Assembly: GCA_965248355.1 (NCBI GenBank)
Contig: OZ252098.1
Span: forward strand, 640,001 to 704,000
DNA from: Candidatus Latescibacterota bacterium
Lineage (GTDB): Bacteria; Latescibacterota; UBA2968; UBA8231
DNA length: 64,000 bases
Direction: 5' to 3'
The translations under genes were made by a program, and so were the position numbers. This document shows positions 38,639 to 47,958 of this stretch, piece after piece. How positions within the stretch are numbered: the stretch's first letter is position 1; every line of letters begins with the position of its first letter. The notes beneath the pieces were generated by a model, which was given only the letters and a program-made list of their open reading frames with translations, had not been told where the DNA came from and ran no database searches.

Positions 38639-39715
38639 GTGAAGATCGACCGAATCGAGCTCATCCAGATCGAGACGCCCCGCTACCACGGGATGATCTC
38701 CGGGCACGTGATCCTCAAGCTCCACGTGGACGACGGCCCCGTCGGCCTCGGCGAGGCGTCGGACAGCAAGTGCGACGACGTGCCGGCCCTGGCGCAGCAG
38801 CTCAACGAGCAGCTCAAGGGCCGGGACGCGCGCCGCATCAACGAGATCAACGACTTCATGCTGGGCCGCCAGTGGGGCTCCACTGTCAGCGACCGGCACG
38901 TGGCCTCCGCCGTCGACCTGGCCCTCTACGACCTCAACGGCAAGGTGCAGGGCGTGCCCGCGTACCAGATGCTCGGCGGCAAGGTGCGCGACCGCCTCTA
39001 CTGCTGCTACCCGATCTGGGGCCGCCAGGTAAGGGAGGACTTCGAGCTGGCCGGCTCCTACCTGCAGCGCCTCGTCGACCTCGGCCACCACCTCTTCCGT
39101 TTCTACGTCTCCGGCGACGCCGAGCTCGACGACCGCTTCCTCACCGAGATGAAGTCGCGGCACGGCGACGACATCCGCCTCAAGTCCCTCGACTTCTCCG
39201 GCCGGTTCTCCGACTGGCAGGAGGTCCTGCGCTACGGCGACCGGCTGCGCCGCCACGACCCCTTCCACTTCGAGCAGCCGAGCTGGGACATGCGCGCCAG
39301 CGCCGAGTTCACCAAGCGCGTCGACCTGCCCGTGACCTGGCACATCGGCTCCCTGCGCCAGGCCTGGGAGGCGGCCGACAGCGGTGCCTGCACCGCCTTC
39401 AACCTGGCCTGCGTCTACGGCGGGCCGACCCACATCAAGCGCATCCTGGCGGTGGCCGAGGCGATGGGCCTGAAGTGCCTCATCGGCACCGACCAGGAGT
39501 CGACCCTCGGCGTCAGCGCCCAGGTCGCCGTGGGCGTCAGCTCGCCCCAGGTGCAGTTGCCCTGCGACCCCATGGGTCCCGTCCTCTACATGGCCTCTCC
39601 GGCCAAGGAGCGGGTGAAGGCCGAAGGCAGCTACCTGACGCCCTTCGAGGGGCCGGGCCTCGGCGTCGAGCTGGACGAGGCGAAGCTGGACGAGCTGACC
39701 GTGGGGAGGGCCTGA
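38639..39715 (+). CDS. Enolase superfamily acid-sugar dehydratase, galactarate dehydratase II-like
   Basis: RxY dyad 'FRFY', 'KSLDFS', 'FEQP', His ligand 'VTWH', 'CYPI', 'IGTDQE', 'DPMGPVLY'. Confidence 0.8.
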   Translation: MKIDRIELIQIETPRYHGMISGHVILKLHVDDGPVGLGEASDSKCDDVPALAQQLNEQLKGRDARRINEINDFMLGRQWGSTVSDRHVASAVDLALYDLNGKVQGVPAYQMLGGKVRDRLYCCYPIWGRQVREDFELAGSYLQRLVDLGHHLFRFYVSGDAELDDRFLTEMKSRHGDDIRLKSLDFSGRFSDWQEVLRYGDRLRRHDPFHFEQPSWDMRASAEFTKRVDLPVTWHIGSLRQAWEAADSGACTAFNLACVYGGPTHIKRILAVAEAMGLKCLIGTDQESTLGVSAQVAVGVSSPQVQLPCDPMGPVLYMASPAKERVKAEGSYLTPFEGPGLGVELDEAKLDELTVGRA

Positions 39716-39717
39716 GA

Positions 39718-40473
39718 ATGGCGGCCATCGGCATCACCGACGCGCAGTTGGCTCACTTCGAGAGCAAGGGCTTCTTCTTCGTCCCCAATCCCCTCGGCGC
39801 CGAAGGGATGCGCGAGGTCGACGCGCGGCAGCAGGAGGTGGAGCCGGTGTGGGAGCAGACCGAGTTCCCGGGCTGCAACCGGCTGGCCTGCCAGTTCCTG
39901 ATGATCGGCGAGCCGCTGCTGAGAATGGTGGAGAGTCCGATCCTGGTGGAGGCGGCGCGGCGCATCCTGGGCGCCGAGGACGTGCACGTGGGCGCCTGCG
40001 GCATCGGCGACGCCTCCAAGGGGCGGCCGATCCGGCAGGTCCACTGGCACGCGGACGGCGGCCCCGACGTGAAGCAGGTCTCCTTCCGCACCGCCCTCGA
40101 CCGCCACGACGCCAGCAACGCGCCCCTGCGGGTGCTGCCCGGCAGCCAGGACCGCCCCCGCGAGGAGGTGGCCGCCGAGCTGCTGCAGCTCGAGCTGGCC
40201 ACCGGAAAACACGAGGAGCCCCCCGACCACTGCTACGCCCTCCATCCCCGGGAGGTGGAGGTCGTCCTCGACCCGCGGTGGACCCTCGTGTGGACGCCCT
40301 CCTGCTGGCACGCCACCGGCCTCAAGACCGGCGCCGGTCCGCGGCGCGCCATGGGCTGGAACTACTTCCCGCCCGGAGGCCGCAAGCGCGACGTGGCGGC
40401 GGTGAAGCACCTGCACCCCGGATGGCCGGACTGGCCCGAGGAGCGCCGGCGCCTCTGGGGCCTGGATTCGTGA
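39718..40473 (+). CDS. PhyH-like Fe(II)/2-oxoglutarate dioxygenase
   Basis: 'WHAD' HxD, 'LRVLPGS', distal 'WHA'. Confidence 0.85.
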   Translation: MAAIGITDAQLAHFESKGFFFVPNPLGAEGMREVDARQQEVEPVWEQTEFPGCNRLACQFLMIGEPLLRMVESPILVEAARRILGAEDVHVGACGIGDASKGRPIRQVHWHADGGPDVKQVSFRTALDRHDASNAPLRVLPGSQDRPREEVAAELLQLELATGKHEEPPDHCYALHPREVEVVLDPRWTLVWTPSCWHATGLKTGAGPRRAMGWNYFPPGGRKRDVAAVKHLHPGWPDWPEERRRLWGLDS

Positions 40474-41669
40474 GCGGCTCCGCCGCGCCGGCCGCCGCCG
40501 CGGTCGACGTGGCCGCGGTGCGGGCCCAGTTCCCGGCCCTGAGCAACTACGTCTGGTTCCAGAACGGCGGCGTCTCCATCACCCCGGAGCCCATCGCCCG
40601 CGAGCACATGCGGCTCATGGAAGAGCTGCTGGCCCGCGGCCCCCTGCACATCATCTACCCCGACGAGGAGTACCCCCGCCGCCGCCGCACCATGGAGCGC
40701 CTGGCCCGGTACTTCGACGTCGACGCCGACGAGCTGGCCGTCATGCGGGGCGTGAGCGAGGCCTTCCACACGGTGCTGCGCGGCCTCCCGTGGGAGGCGG
40801 GCGACCGGATCGTCATCTCCGACAACGAGGAGGCGGCCCTGCTGCTGCCCAGCCTGCACCTGCGGGACCGCCTCGGCGTGGAGGTGGTCAAGCTGCCCCT
40901 GGCCGAGGACCGGGAGGAGCTGATGGCCGCCGCCGCCAAGGCCCTCACGCCGAACACGCGGCTGCTGGCCCTGAGCCACGTGACCACCGACATGGGCTTC
41001 CGCTTTCCCGCCGAGCCCCTGTGCGCCCTCGCGCGCGAGCGCGGCATCCCCTCCTTCCTCGACCTGGCCCACTCCTGCGGCGCCGTGCCCTACGGGCTGC
41101 GCGACCTGGGCTGCGACTTCGCCGGCCTGCTCTCCTACAAGTGGATGTTCTCGCCCTACGCCGCCGGCGCCCTGTGGGTCCGCCGCGAGCGCCTCCACGA
41201 CATCGAGGTCACCTACGCCGGCTGCCGGGCCGAGAAGTGGCTCGACTTCGAGACCGACACCTTCGAGCTGCCCGACACGGCGCAGCGCTTCCAGTACGGC
41301 CCCTGGTCGTGGCCGCTCGTGCACGCCTGGGCGGCGGCGGCGGACTGGCTTCAGGAGATCGGTCCGGAAGCGGTCTGGTCCCGCATAAGCGAGTTGACGG
41401 ACCGGCTGAAGGCGGGACTGGCCCGGATCGACGGCGCCGAGCTGTACACGCCCCGGAGCGCGGACGACTCGGCGGCCCTGGTCAGCTTCGGCCTGCGCGG
41501 CTGGACGGGGGCGGACCTGACGGCGGCCCTGCAGGAGCGCTGGAACATCGTCATCAAGCCGCTGCCCCACACCGTGGAGGGCCTGCGCGCCAGCATCTGC
41601 TTCTTCCAGCTCGAGGAGGAGATCGACCTGCTCCTGGCGGCGTTAGGGGAGCTGGCGGGGGAGAGGTGA
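40470..41669 (+). CDS. Class V PLP aminotransferase (cysteine desulfurase/epimerase-like)
   Basis: 'VRAQFPAL', 'LSHVT', 'DLAHSCG', 'SYKWMFSP', 'LRAS'. Confidence 0.88.
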   Translation: MSGSAAPAAAAVDVAAVRAQFPALSNYVWFQNGGVSITPEPIAREHMRLMEELLARGPLHIIYPDEEYPRRRRTMERLARYFDVDADELAVMRGVSEAFHTVLRGLPWEAGDRIVISDNEEAALLLPSLHLRDRLGVEVVKLPLAEDREELMAAAAKALTPNTRLLALSHVTTDMGFRFPAEPLCALARERGIPSFLDLAHSCGAVPYGLRDLGCDFAGLLSYKWMFSPYAAGALWVRRERLHDIEVTYAGCRAEKWLDFETDTFELPDTAQRFQYGPWSWPLVHAWAAAADWLQEIGPEAVWSRISELTDRLKAGLARIDGAELYTPRSADDSAALVSFGLRGWTGADLTAALQERWNIVIKPLPHTVEGLRASICFFQLEEEIDLLLAALGELAGER

Positions 41670-42265
41670 GGGTGGGTCTTCTCCTGGCTCGTCTCGGCCT
41701 GGCCGCCGCGGCCTTCGCCGTCAGTCTGCTCGCCGGGGAGTTCGTCGTGCGGCTGGTGATCGATCCGGTCGATTACCTCCGTCCCGAGGTCCGGACCCGG
41801 TCCTGAAGCTCCGCGTGGAAGCAGGCTCCGCCGGCCACGACGCCTGGGGGTTCCGCAACGCTGAGGTGCCCGAGGGCGTCGACCTCGTCGCGGTCGGCGA
41901 TTCCCAGACCTACGGCAACAACGCGCCTGCTACGGAGGCTTGGCCACACTGGCTCGGGCGCGCCTCCGGGAAGAGCGTCTACAACCTCAGCCTGGGGGCG
42001 TACGGTCCCTTCGAGTATCTCCACCTGCTGTGGACTCGTGCCTTCCAACTCTCCCCCGAGGAGGTGATTGTAGGCTTCTACCTCGGCAACGATCTCTGGG
42101 ACGCCTATCACTCGGCCTACACCGTGGAGCATTGGCTAACCCCGGCGTTGATCGCGCGAGCAGGAGGAACGTCTCTACCGGCGCACGCCGGACGGCCACC
42201 CCGTGTCTCGAGGCTACGAGGTGATCGGCCGCCGCGCCGCGGTGGTCTTGGGGCTGGCGCGCTGA
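41666..42265 (+). pseudogene. SGNH/GDSL hydrolase with N-terminal anchor, frameshifted and internally deleted
   Basis: 'AVGDSQTYG', 'YNLSLGAYG', 'FYLGND', then out-of-frame 'DGHPVSRGYEVI...LAR*'. Confidence 0.7.
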
Positions 42266-42278
42266 CCATCCCCGGCCC

Positions 42279-42452
42279 TGGGAGACCCTGTCCCACCTGC
42301 TGGACCTCGACTTCGAGAACCTCCTGCCCGGGCACGGCGACGCCATCGTCGGCGGCGCCAGGGAAACCCTTCGGGAGATGATGGAGGAGCGGCGCAGCAC
42401 CTCGACCGGGCCGCCGAGGGTTACCTGGTTCCCGAAACATCCGGCTGGCTGA
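42279..42452 (+). pseudogene. Orphan C-terminal fragment of an MBL-fold hydrolase
   Basis: 'LSHLLDLDFENLLPGHGDAIVGGARETLRE' with no start or N-terminus. Confidence 0.55.
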
Positions 42453-42580
42453 CGGAGCGGCCCCGTGGGAGGGCGCCTAGCCCGCAGAGGTGATCGACGT
42501 CATGGGGATCCGAGTGCCCGGCGTGAGGGTTTGCGGTTCCGGAGGGGTCGGGCCCCATCAATTCACGCGATCCTACCGCC

Positions 42581-43192
42581 CTACAGAATCTCGCGCCCGA
42601 AGTCGGCGTAGGTCCCGGCCGTCACCAGCTCCACCGGCTCATCGACGCCGTCCAGATCTCCGGCGATCTCCTCCAGGGCGGCGAAGTCCGGCAGCACCCA
42701 CACGGCGAGCCCTCCCGGCTCGGGAGCGAGCCGGCCGATGCGGTGCAGGAGCAGGTTCAGCCGCAGGCGGGGATGCCCGCGGGTCCGCTCCGCGTAGAAG
42801 GCGGATATCGTCTCTGCAGGGGCCCGGGGGCGGAAGAACTCGACGTAGTAGGTGCCGTCCCGCGTGTGCACCGGCTCGATGAGGGGCGAGTAGCAGCCGG
42901 CCACGTCGATGCGGGCCACCTGGAAGAAGGCGCCCTCCAAGTGGTCGGCCTCGCCGCCGCGGAAGATGCGGTCCCAGTCGTCGAGGCGGTCGAGGCCGGC
43001 GCCGGGGCAGTGCCAGGCGGCGAAGTACTCGGGCTCGGGACCGAGGCGCCAGGTGCGCCCGGCGTTGAGCACGAGGCGGTCGGCGTCGTAGCCGCTGTCC
43101 CAACCCTGCTGGCCCTCGGCGACCCCCGCCCGGAAGGCGTCCAGGTCCACCCCGGGGCGGCGGCTGAAGTACTCGATGTAGATCAGACTCAT
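42581..43192 (-). CDS. Hypothetical protein (two internally similar halves, possibly dimeric alpha-beta barrel)
   Basis: GGAG RBS; 'YIEYF...RLGPEP..AAW' and 'YVEFF...RLAPEP..AVW' repeat. Confidence 0.7.
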   Translation of the reverse strand: MSLIYIEYFSRRPGVDLDAFRAGVAEGQQGWDSGYDADRLVLNAGRTWRLGPEPEYFAAWHCPGAGLDRLDDWDRIFRGGEADHLEGAFFQVARIDVAGCYSPLIEPVHTRDGTYYVEFFRPRAPAETISAFYAERTRGHPRLRLNLLLHRIGRLAPEPGGLAVWVLPDFAALEEIAGDLDGVDEPVELVTAGTYADFGREIL

Positions 43193-43200
43193 TCTTCTCC

Positions 43201-44277
43201 TCACTCGATGGGGACCGACAGGGGCACCTCCCGCCCCCGGGCTTCGGACTCGTAGAGGGCATCCATCAGGCGCTGGATGCGCACGATCTCGGCGCCCGAC
43301 ACCGGCGAGGGACCGCCGCTGCGCACCGCCTGGAGGAACGCGGTGTACAGTCTCTCCATGCCGTAGCCGCCGGGAGCCAGCGCTCCCGGGGGAGGCCCGT
43401 CGTCGATCCAGGATCCGTCCTTGACGATGCGGAAACGGAGGGGCGAGAGGGAGGCCGCGCCGCGCTCCCCGAGGAGCTCCCACCCTTCGTGGCGCCCCGA
43501 GGGCGGCTGCAGCCAGTCCGCCTCGACGGTGATCACGGTGTCACCCTCCAGCCGCACGAAGGCCATGGCGAAGTCCTCGATCGCCGGGTTCACGGCGTCC
43601 ACGTCGATGACGTCGAGGGAAGGCCCGAGCGCCCCGGGGGAGGTGTGCAGCCGCTGATGGCAGAAGGCGCTGGCCGTGACGGGCTCCGGATGGTCCAGCA
43701 GCCAGAGGGCCAGGTCGAGGTTGTGGATCGTCCAGTGGGCGAGGACGCCGCCCCCGGCGCGGGCGAGCCGGTGGTAGTCGGGGTTGGTGGCGAAGCCGTG
43801 CACACCGCCGCCCCATGTACGGGCCGAGTGGACGTGGCCCAGGTCGCCGCCGGAGATGCGCTCCTTGAGCCAGACCGACTCGTCCCAGTGCCGGTACTGG
43901 AAGCAGACGCTCAGGAGGCGGCCGGCTTCTTCCGCGGCCATCACCATCTGTCCCGCTTCGATGGCGCTCAGGGCCACGGGTTTCTCACAGAGAACATGAC
44001 ATCCCGCGGCGAATCCTTGAATCGCCAGTTCCATGTGAGAGTCGGGAAATGTGGTGATCACCAGGACCTCGGGCCGCGTGCGGACCAGCATCTCCGCTAC
44101 CCTGTCGAAGGCGGGCGCGCCGTACTCGCGCGAAACCGACTGGGCCCGCTCGGGGACGATGTCGCATACCCCCACGAGCTCGCAGAGTCCGGCCTCGGCC
44201 GCGGCCCGGCAGGCGGGAAGATGCCCGCTGACGGCGATGCTCCCACAGCCGGCCACGGCGACTCGGGTCGGCTTCAT
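43201..44277 (-). CDS. Gfo/Idh/MocA family oxidoreductase
   Basis: 'VAGCGSIA', 'HVLCEKP', 'GGGVLAHWTIHNLD'. Confidence 0.9.
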   Translation of the reverse strand: MKPTRVAVAGCGSIAVSGHLPACRAAAEAGLCELVGVCDIVPERAQSVSREYGAPAFDRVAEMLVRTRPEVLVITTFPDSHMELAIQGFAAGCHVLCEKPVALSAIEAGQMVMAAEEAGRLLSVCFQYRHWDESVWLKERISGGDLGHVHSARTWGGGVHGFATNPDYHRLARAGGGVLAHWTIHNLDLALWLLDHPEPVTASAFCHQRLHTSPGALGPSLDVIDVDAVNPAIEDFAMAFVRLEGDTVITVEADWLQPPSGRHEGWELLGERGAASLSPLRFRIVKDGSWIDDGPPPGALAPGGYGMERLYTAFLQAVRSGGPSPVSGAEIVRIQRLMDALYESEARGREVPLSVPIE

Positions 44278-44486
44278 GGGGCCGCCAGGCCGGCGATGGC
44301 GATGAAAGGCCGCCCGTAGCGCAGGGTATTCGCGTGCCGAATCCATAGAAGAGAGAATAGACGAGATTCCGGGTGGCAAACAGGGGCTGATCCACCGGGG
44401 GGCGGCCAGGTTCCCCCTACCGGCTTCGGACCCTCAGGGGGTGTACCCTCCCGTGGGTCCGGGGCATGGAAGCCTTCCAAGGGGGG

Positions 44487-44514
44487 TTGACCAAGGCTCA
44501 ATCTCCCGTATACT
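44487..44514 (+). promoter_or_regulatory. Sigma70 promoter for the DEAD-box helicase, implying a ~280-nt leader
   Basis: TTGACC-N16-TATACT. Confidence 0.65.
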
Positions 44515-44803
44515 CTCTGAACCTTCTTGAAGGAGGCCACCGGCTCTCGATTCCGCCGGGATGACCAACTGGCCTGCTTCAGCTTCTTTTCTTGAGATAC
44601 CCTTTCAGAGCAGGCAGGATCCAGACGAACGGCATGCCTTACCGTGCCTGCGGCCGGGGCGTCATGCCGTCTCCCCCTGGCCGTCCGGTATGATGGTGAG
44701 CGGGTGCGCCTGATCTGGCGCGCTCAGTTCCATCCACCAACGGTCCACGATCTCTCCTCTCTCACCCTGTGTCACTCGCATAGACCAAGGAGTCTGCTTC
44801 CGT

Positions 44804-46162
44804 ATGCCTCTCGAACGCCCATCGACCCGCTCACTCAATTCCAGCCGCAGGCAACGCCACAAGGCCGTTTGCGCCAGTTGCGGCAGTTCCACCACGGTTC
44901 CCTTCCGGCCAACCCGCGACAGGCTGGTGTACTGCTCGCCGTGCTTCCAGGCCACCCGCAAGGATGCCCGCTCCCCGGGAATCGCGCCTGCAAAGGAGGC
45001 ACTTCCACCCCGTGAGGCCACTGCCCGCGGCCCACTTGAGGGTTCGTCGTTCGGGAGCATGGCGCTGAGTCCCGGAACCCGGGCGGCGATCTCCCGGATG
45101 GACATCTCCGAGCCAACGCCTATCCAGGAGAAGGCCATTCCCGAGCTGCTCGCGGGACGGGACGTGATCGGGCAGGCGCGCACGGGGTCCGGGAAGACGC
45201 TGGCCTTTGCCGTGCCGCTGGTCGAGCGGTGCGATTCGTCGACTCGGCGAGTCCAGGCGCTCGTGCTCGTGCCCACGCGGGAGTTGGCCATCCAGGTGGC
45301 GGGGGTCACGGAGGCGATCGCCTCGGCCCACGGGCTGCGCGTGACATTGCTCTACGGTGGCCGGGGGCTGGCGCCGGAACGGAGCGCGGTGAAGGGCGGG
45401 GCGCAGATCATCGTCGGGACTCCGGGGCGGACGCTGGACCACCTGCGGCAAGGAAATCTCGACCTGCGATCGGTGCGCTTCCTGGTCCTGGACGAGGCGG
45501 ACGAGATGCTGGACAGAGGGTTCGCGCAGGACGTCGAGGCGATCCTCGGCTACGCCTCCTCGCCCTGTCAGACGGCGCTTTTCTCCGCGACCATGCCCGA
45601 GTGGGTAGCGAAGACAGCTTCGAAGCACCTGCGGAGCCCCGTAACGGCGAAAGTCGATGCCGAACTGCAAGCGCTGCCGACGGTGGAGCATCTGGTCTAC
45701 ACAATCGAGAAGTGCGACAAGATAGGCGCGCTGCAAACGCTGCTGGACCAGCGGCAAGGCGCCCCGGTCCTGGTGTTCGGCAGGACCAAGCGCGGGGTCA
45801 GGCAGCTGGCGAAACGTCTGGACGCGCTGGGCTACGCGGTAGGCGCCCTGCAGGGAAACCTCAGCCAGAACGCGCGGGAACGGGCGTTGGTGAACTTTCG
45901 GTCAGGCGCCACGCCGATCCTGGTGGCAACGAACGTGGCCGCGCGAGGGTTGGATATCGAGGGAATCGGACAGGTGATCAACTTCGATCTGCCGGACTCG
46001 GAGCATCTGTTTACGCACAGGGTCGGACGAACGGGCCGTATGGGGCGCTCCGGAGAGGCGGTGACCTTCATCATGCCGGGAGAAGAGAAGAAGTGGCGTG
46101 AGATAAGACATGGGCTTGGCCTCCGGCTCACCAGCAAGCCATGGCCACTTCCCGCAAGGTAG
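44804..46162 (+). CDS. DEAD-box RNA helicase with N-terminal CxxC-x17-CxxC zinc ribbon
   Basis: 'CASC-x17-CSPC'; PTPIQ, ARTGSGKT, PTRELA, TPGR, DEAD, SAT, ARGLD, HRVGRTGR. Confidence 0.93.
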   Translation: MPLERPSTRSLNSSRRQRHKAVCASCGSSTTVPFRPTRDRLVYCSPCFQATRKDARSPGIAPAKEALPPREATARGPLEGSSFGSMALSPGTRAAISRMDISEPTPIQEKAIPELLAGRDVIGQARTGSGKTLAFAVPLVERCDSSTRRVQALVLVPTRELAIQVAGVTEAIASAHGLRVTLLYGGRGLAPERSAVKGGAQIIVGTPGRTLDHLRQGNLDLRSVRFLVLDEADEMLDRGFAQDVEAILGYASSPCQTALFSATMPEWVAKTASKHLRSPVTAKVDAELQALPTVEHLVYTIEKCDKIGALQTLLDQRQGAPVLVFGRTKRGVRQLAKRLDALGYAVGALQGNLSQNARERALVNFRSGATPILVATNVAARGLDIEGIGQVINFDLPDSEHLFTHRVGRTGRMGRSGEAVTFIMPGEEKKWREIRHGLGLRLTSKPWPLPAR

Positions 46163-46219
46163 AACAGGCTTCGCGCTCCCCGTGGTCAGCCGGGAGGCAT
46201 GGCCACCAAGGGCGGCGGC

Positions 46220-47839
46220 TCAGAAGACCGGGGCCGGCAGGCCGTCGATGGTGACGTCGATGACCGCGGGCCGGCCGCTGGCCAGGGCGCGCTCAACGGC
46301 GGGCGCCAGCTCGCCGGGATCCTCGACCCGCTCGCCGAACCCGCCCAGGGCCTCGGCGACGCGGTCGTATCGGGTCGGCAGGAGGTCGCAGCCGATGGTG
46401 CGGTCCGGTCCGTACTGGCGGATCTGCAGCTGCACCTCGGCGTTCCAGCGGGCGTCGTTGCCGACGATGATCACGACGGGCAGGCCGTAGCGCAGGCAGG
46501 TGTCGATCTCCAGGGCGTGGAAGCCGAAGGTGCCGTCCCCCTGAAAGACGAAGACCGCCCGCTCCGGATGGCGCACCTTGGCGGCCATGCCCATGGGCAG
46601 GGAGCTGCCGATGGAGCCGGAGGGGCCGTTGATCAGCCGCAGCCCGGCGGCGAGTCCGGCCTGCATCCACTGTCCGAACTCGCCGCCGTCGCAGACGAAG
46701 ACGGCGTCCTGCGCCAGGAAGGGCTGGAGCCTTTCGCAGAGCGCCAGCGGGTGGATGGGTGAGGAACCGCTGTCGCGGTGGGCCCGCCACTCCGGTGGCT
46801 CGGTGCGCGCGCCCTCGAGGTCCCGGCGCCATGGGTTCTCGCTCCATTGCCGCTGTGCCGCCGCCTCGGCGAGGGTGCCGACAGCCTCGGCGGGATCGCC
46901 CCGGAAGCAGCCCTCGAGGCGGGTCCCGTCGAGGGCCTCCTCGGCATCGACCGAGAGAAAGCGGACGGATTCGGAGAAGGCGGGGGGCTCTCCGAAGCGC
47001 AGGGTGAAGTCGAGCCTCTTGCCGAGGAGCAGCACGAGATCCGCCTCGGCCAGGCAGCGGCTGGCGCCGCGCAGCCAGGGATCGTCGACCCCCCGGGGGC
47101 TCTCGCACGGCAGGGCCGGGACGCCGGAGGCCGACTGCAATTGCAGCACGGCGTTCCAGCTGTCGCGGCGCGACATGGCGGGGCCGGCCAGGATCAGGGG
47201 GCGGGCGGCCCCCTGCAGGCGGTCGAGGATGTCCCCGGCTTGGTCCTCGCTCAGCCGCGGCCCGTCGTCGGGCGGCCACTCTACCGGCGGGGGCGGTCCT
47301 GCCTCGGGAAGCCTCTGCGCCGTCGAGGGCGGCTGCGGGTCCGCCTCGGCCTGCAGCAGGTCCATGGGCAGGCTGAGGTGCACGGGGCCGGGGCGGCCGC
47401 CGGCCGAGGTCTGCAGCGCCCGGGCCACGATGTCCGCCAGCGGCTCGGCCCCGGTGGCCACGTGGGACCACTTGGCCGCCGGCGCCGCCATGGCGGCCTG
47501 GTCCAGCTCCTGGAAGGCCCCCATGCCGGCCTGCGAGAGCGGGCTGTGACCGCTGATCATCACCAGGGGAGACTCGGCCGCACGGGCCACGAAGAGGCCG
47601 GTGACGCCGTTGCAGTGTCCGGGCCCGGCGGTGAGCAGGGCGACCCCGGGCTCGCCGGTGAGGCGGCCCCAGCCGTCGGCCATGTGCACGGCCGCCGCCT
47701 CGTGGCGGGTGTGGATGAGCTGGAGGCCGCTGCCGATGCAGGCGTCGAAGAGCGGCAGGTTCTGGTTGCCGGAGAGGGCGAAGAGATGGCGGACCCCGGC
47801 GGCGGTCAGGGCCTGGACGACGCTCTCGGCCCCGGTCAT
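46220..47839 (-). CDS. Thiamine diphosphate-dependent enzyme (acetolactate synthase/2-hydroxyacyl-CoA lyase-like)
   Basis: 'TRHEAAAVHMADG', 'TAGPG', 'AFQE', 'GDGTFGF...GND'. Confidence 0.9.
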   Translation of the reverse strand: MTGAESVVQALTAAGVRHLFALSGNQNLPLFDACIGSGLQLIHTRHEAAAVHMADGWGRLTGEPGVALLTAGPGHCNGVTGLFVARAAESPLVMISGHSPLSQAGMGAFQELDQAAMAAPAAKWSHVATGAEPLADIVARALQTSAGGRPGPVHLSLPMDLLQAEADPQPPSTAQRLPEAGPPPPVEWPPDDGPRLSEDQAGDILDRLQGAARPLILAGPAMSRRDSWNAVLQLQSASGVPALPCESPRGVDDPWLRGASRCLAEADLVLLLGKRLDFTLRFGEPPAFSESVRFLSVDAEEALDGTRLEGCFRGDPAEAVGTLAEAAAQRQWSENPWRRDLEGARTEPPEWRAHRDSGSSPIHPLALCERLQPFLAQDAVFVCDGGEFGQWMQAGLAAGLRLINGPSGSIGSSLPMGMAAKVRHPERAVFVFQGDGTFGFHALEIDTCLRYGLPVVIIVGNDARWNAEVQLQIRQYGPDRTIGCDLLPTRYDRVAEALGGFGERVEDPGELAPAVERALASGRPAVIDVTIDGLPAPVF

Positions 47840-47958
47840 GGCCACCGCGGCGCCAGTTGGTCCAGCAGGGGTCGGAGGCGCTCTCCCCGACCGGCGGAAG
47901 GGGCGGGGGCCGCGTCGGCCTCGGCGTCCGTGAGCCTTTCGATCTCGAGTCGAGTCAT
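47836..47958 (-). pseudogene. 40-codon ORF, probable deletion remnant of a gene coupled to the ThDP enzyme
   Basis: 'MTRLEIERLTDAEADAA...ERLRPLLDQLAPRWP*'; stop overlaps next ATG (ATGA). Confidence 0.4.

Noticed and set aside
44561..44713. 50-codon uORF in the helicase leader
   Set aside because: The nearest SD-like sequence is too far upstream and codon usage is not gene-like.
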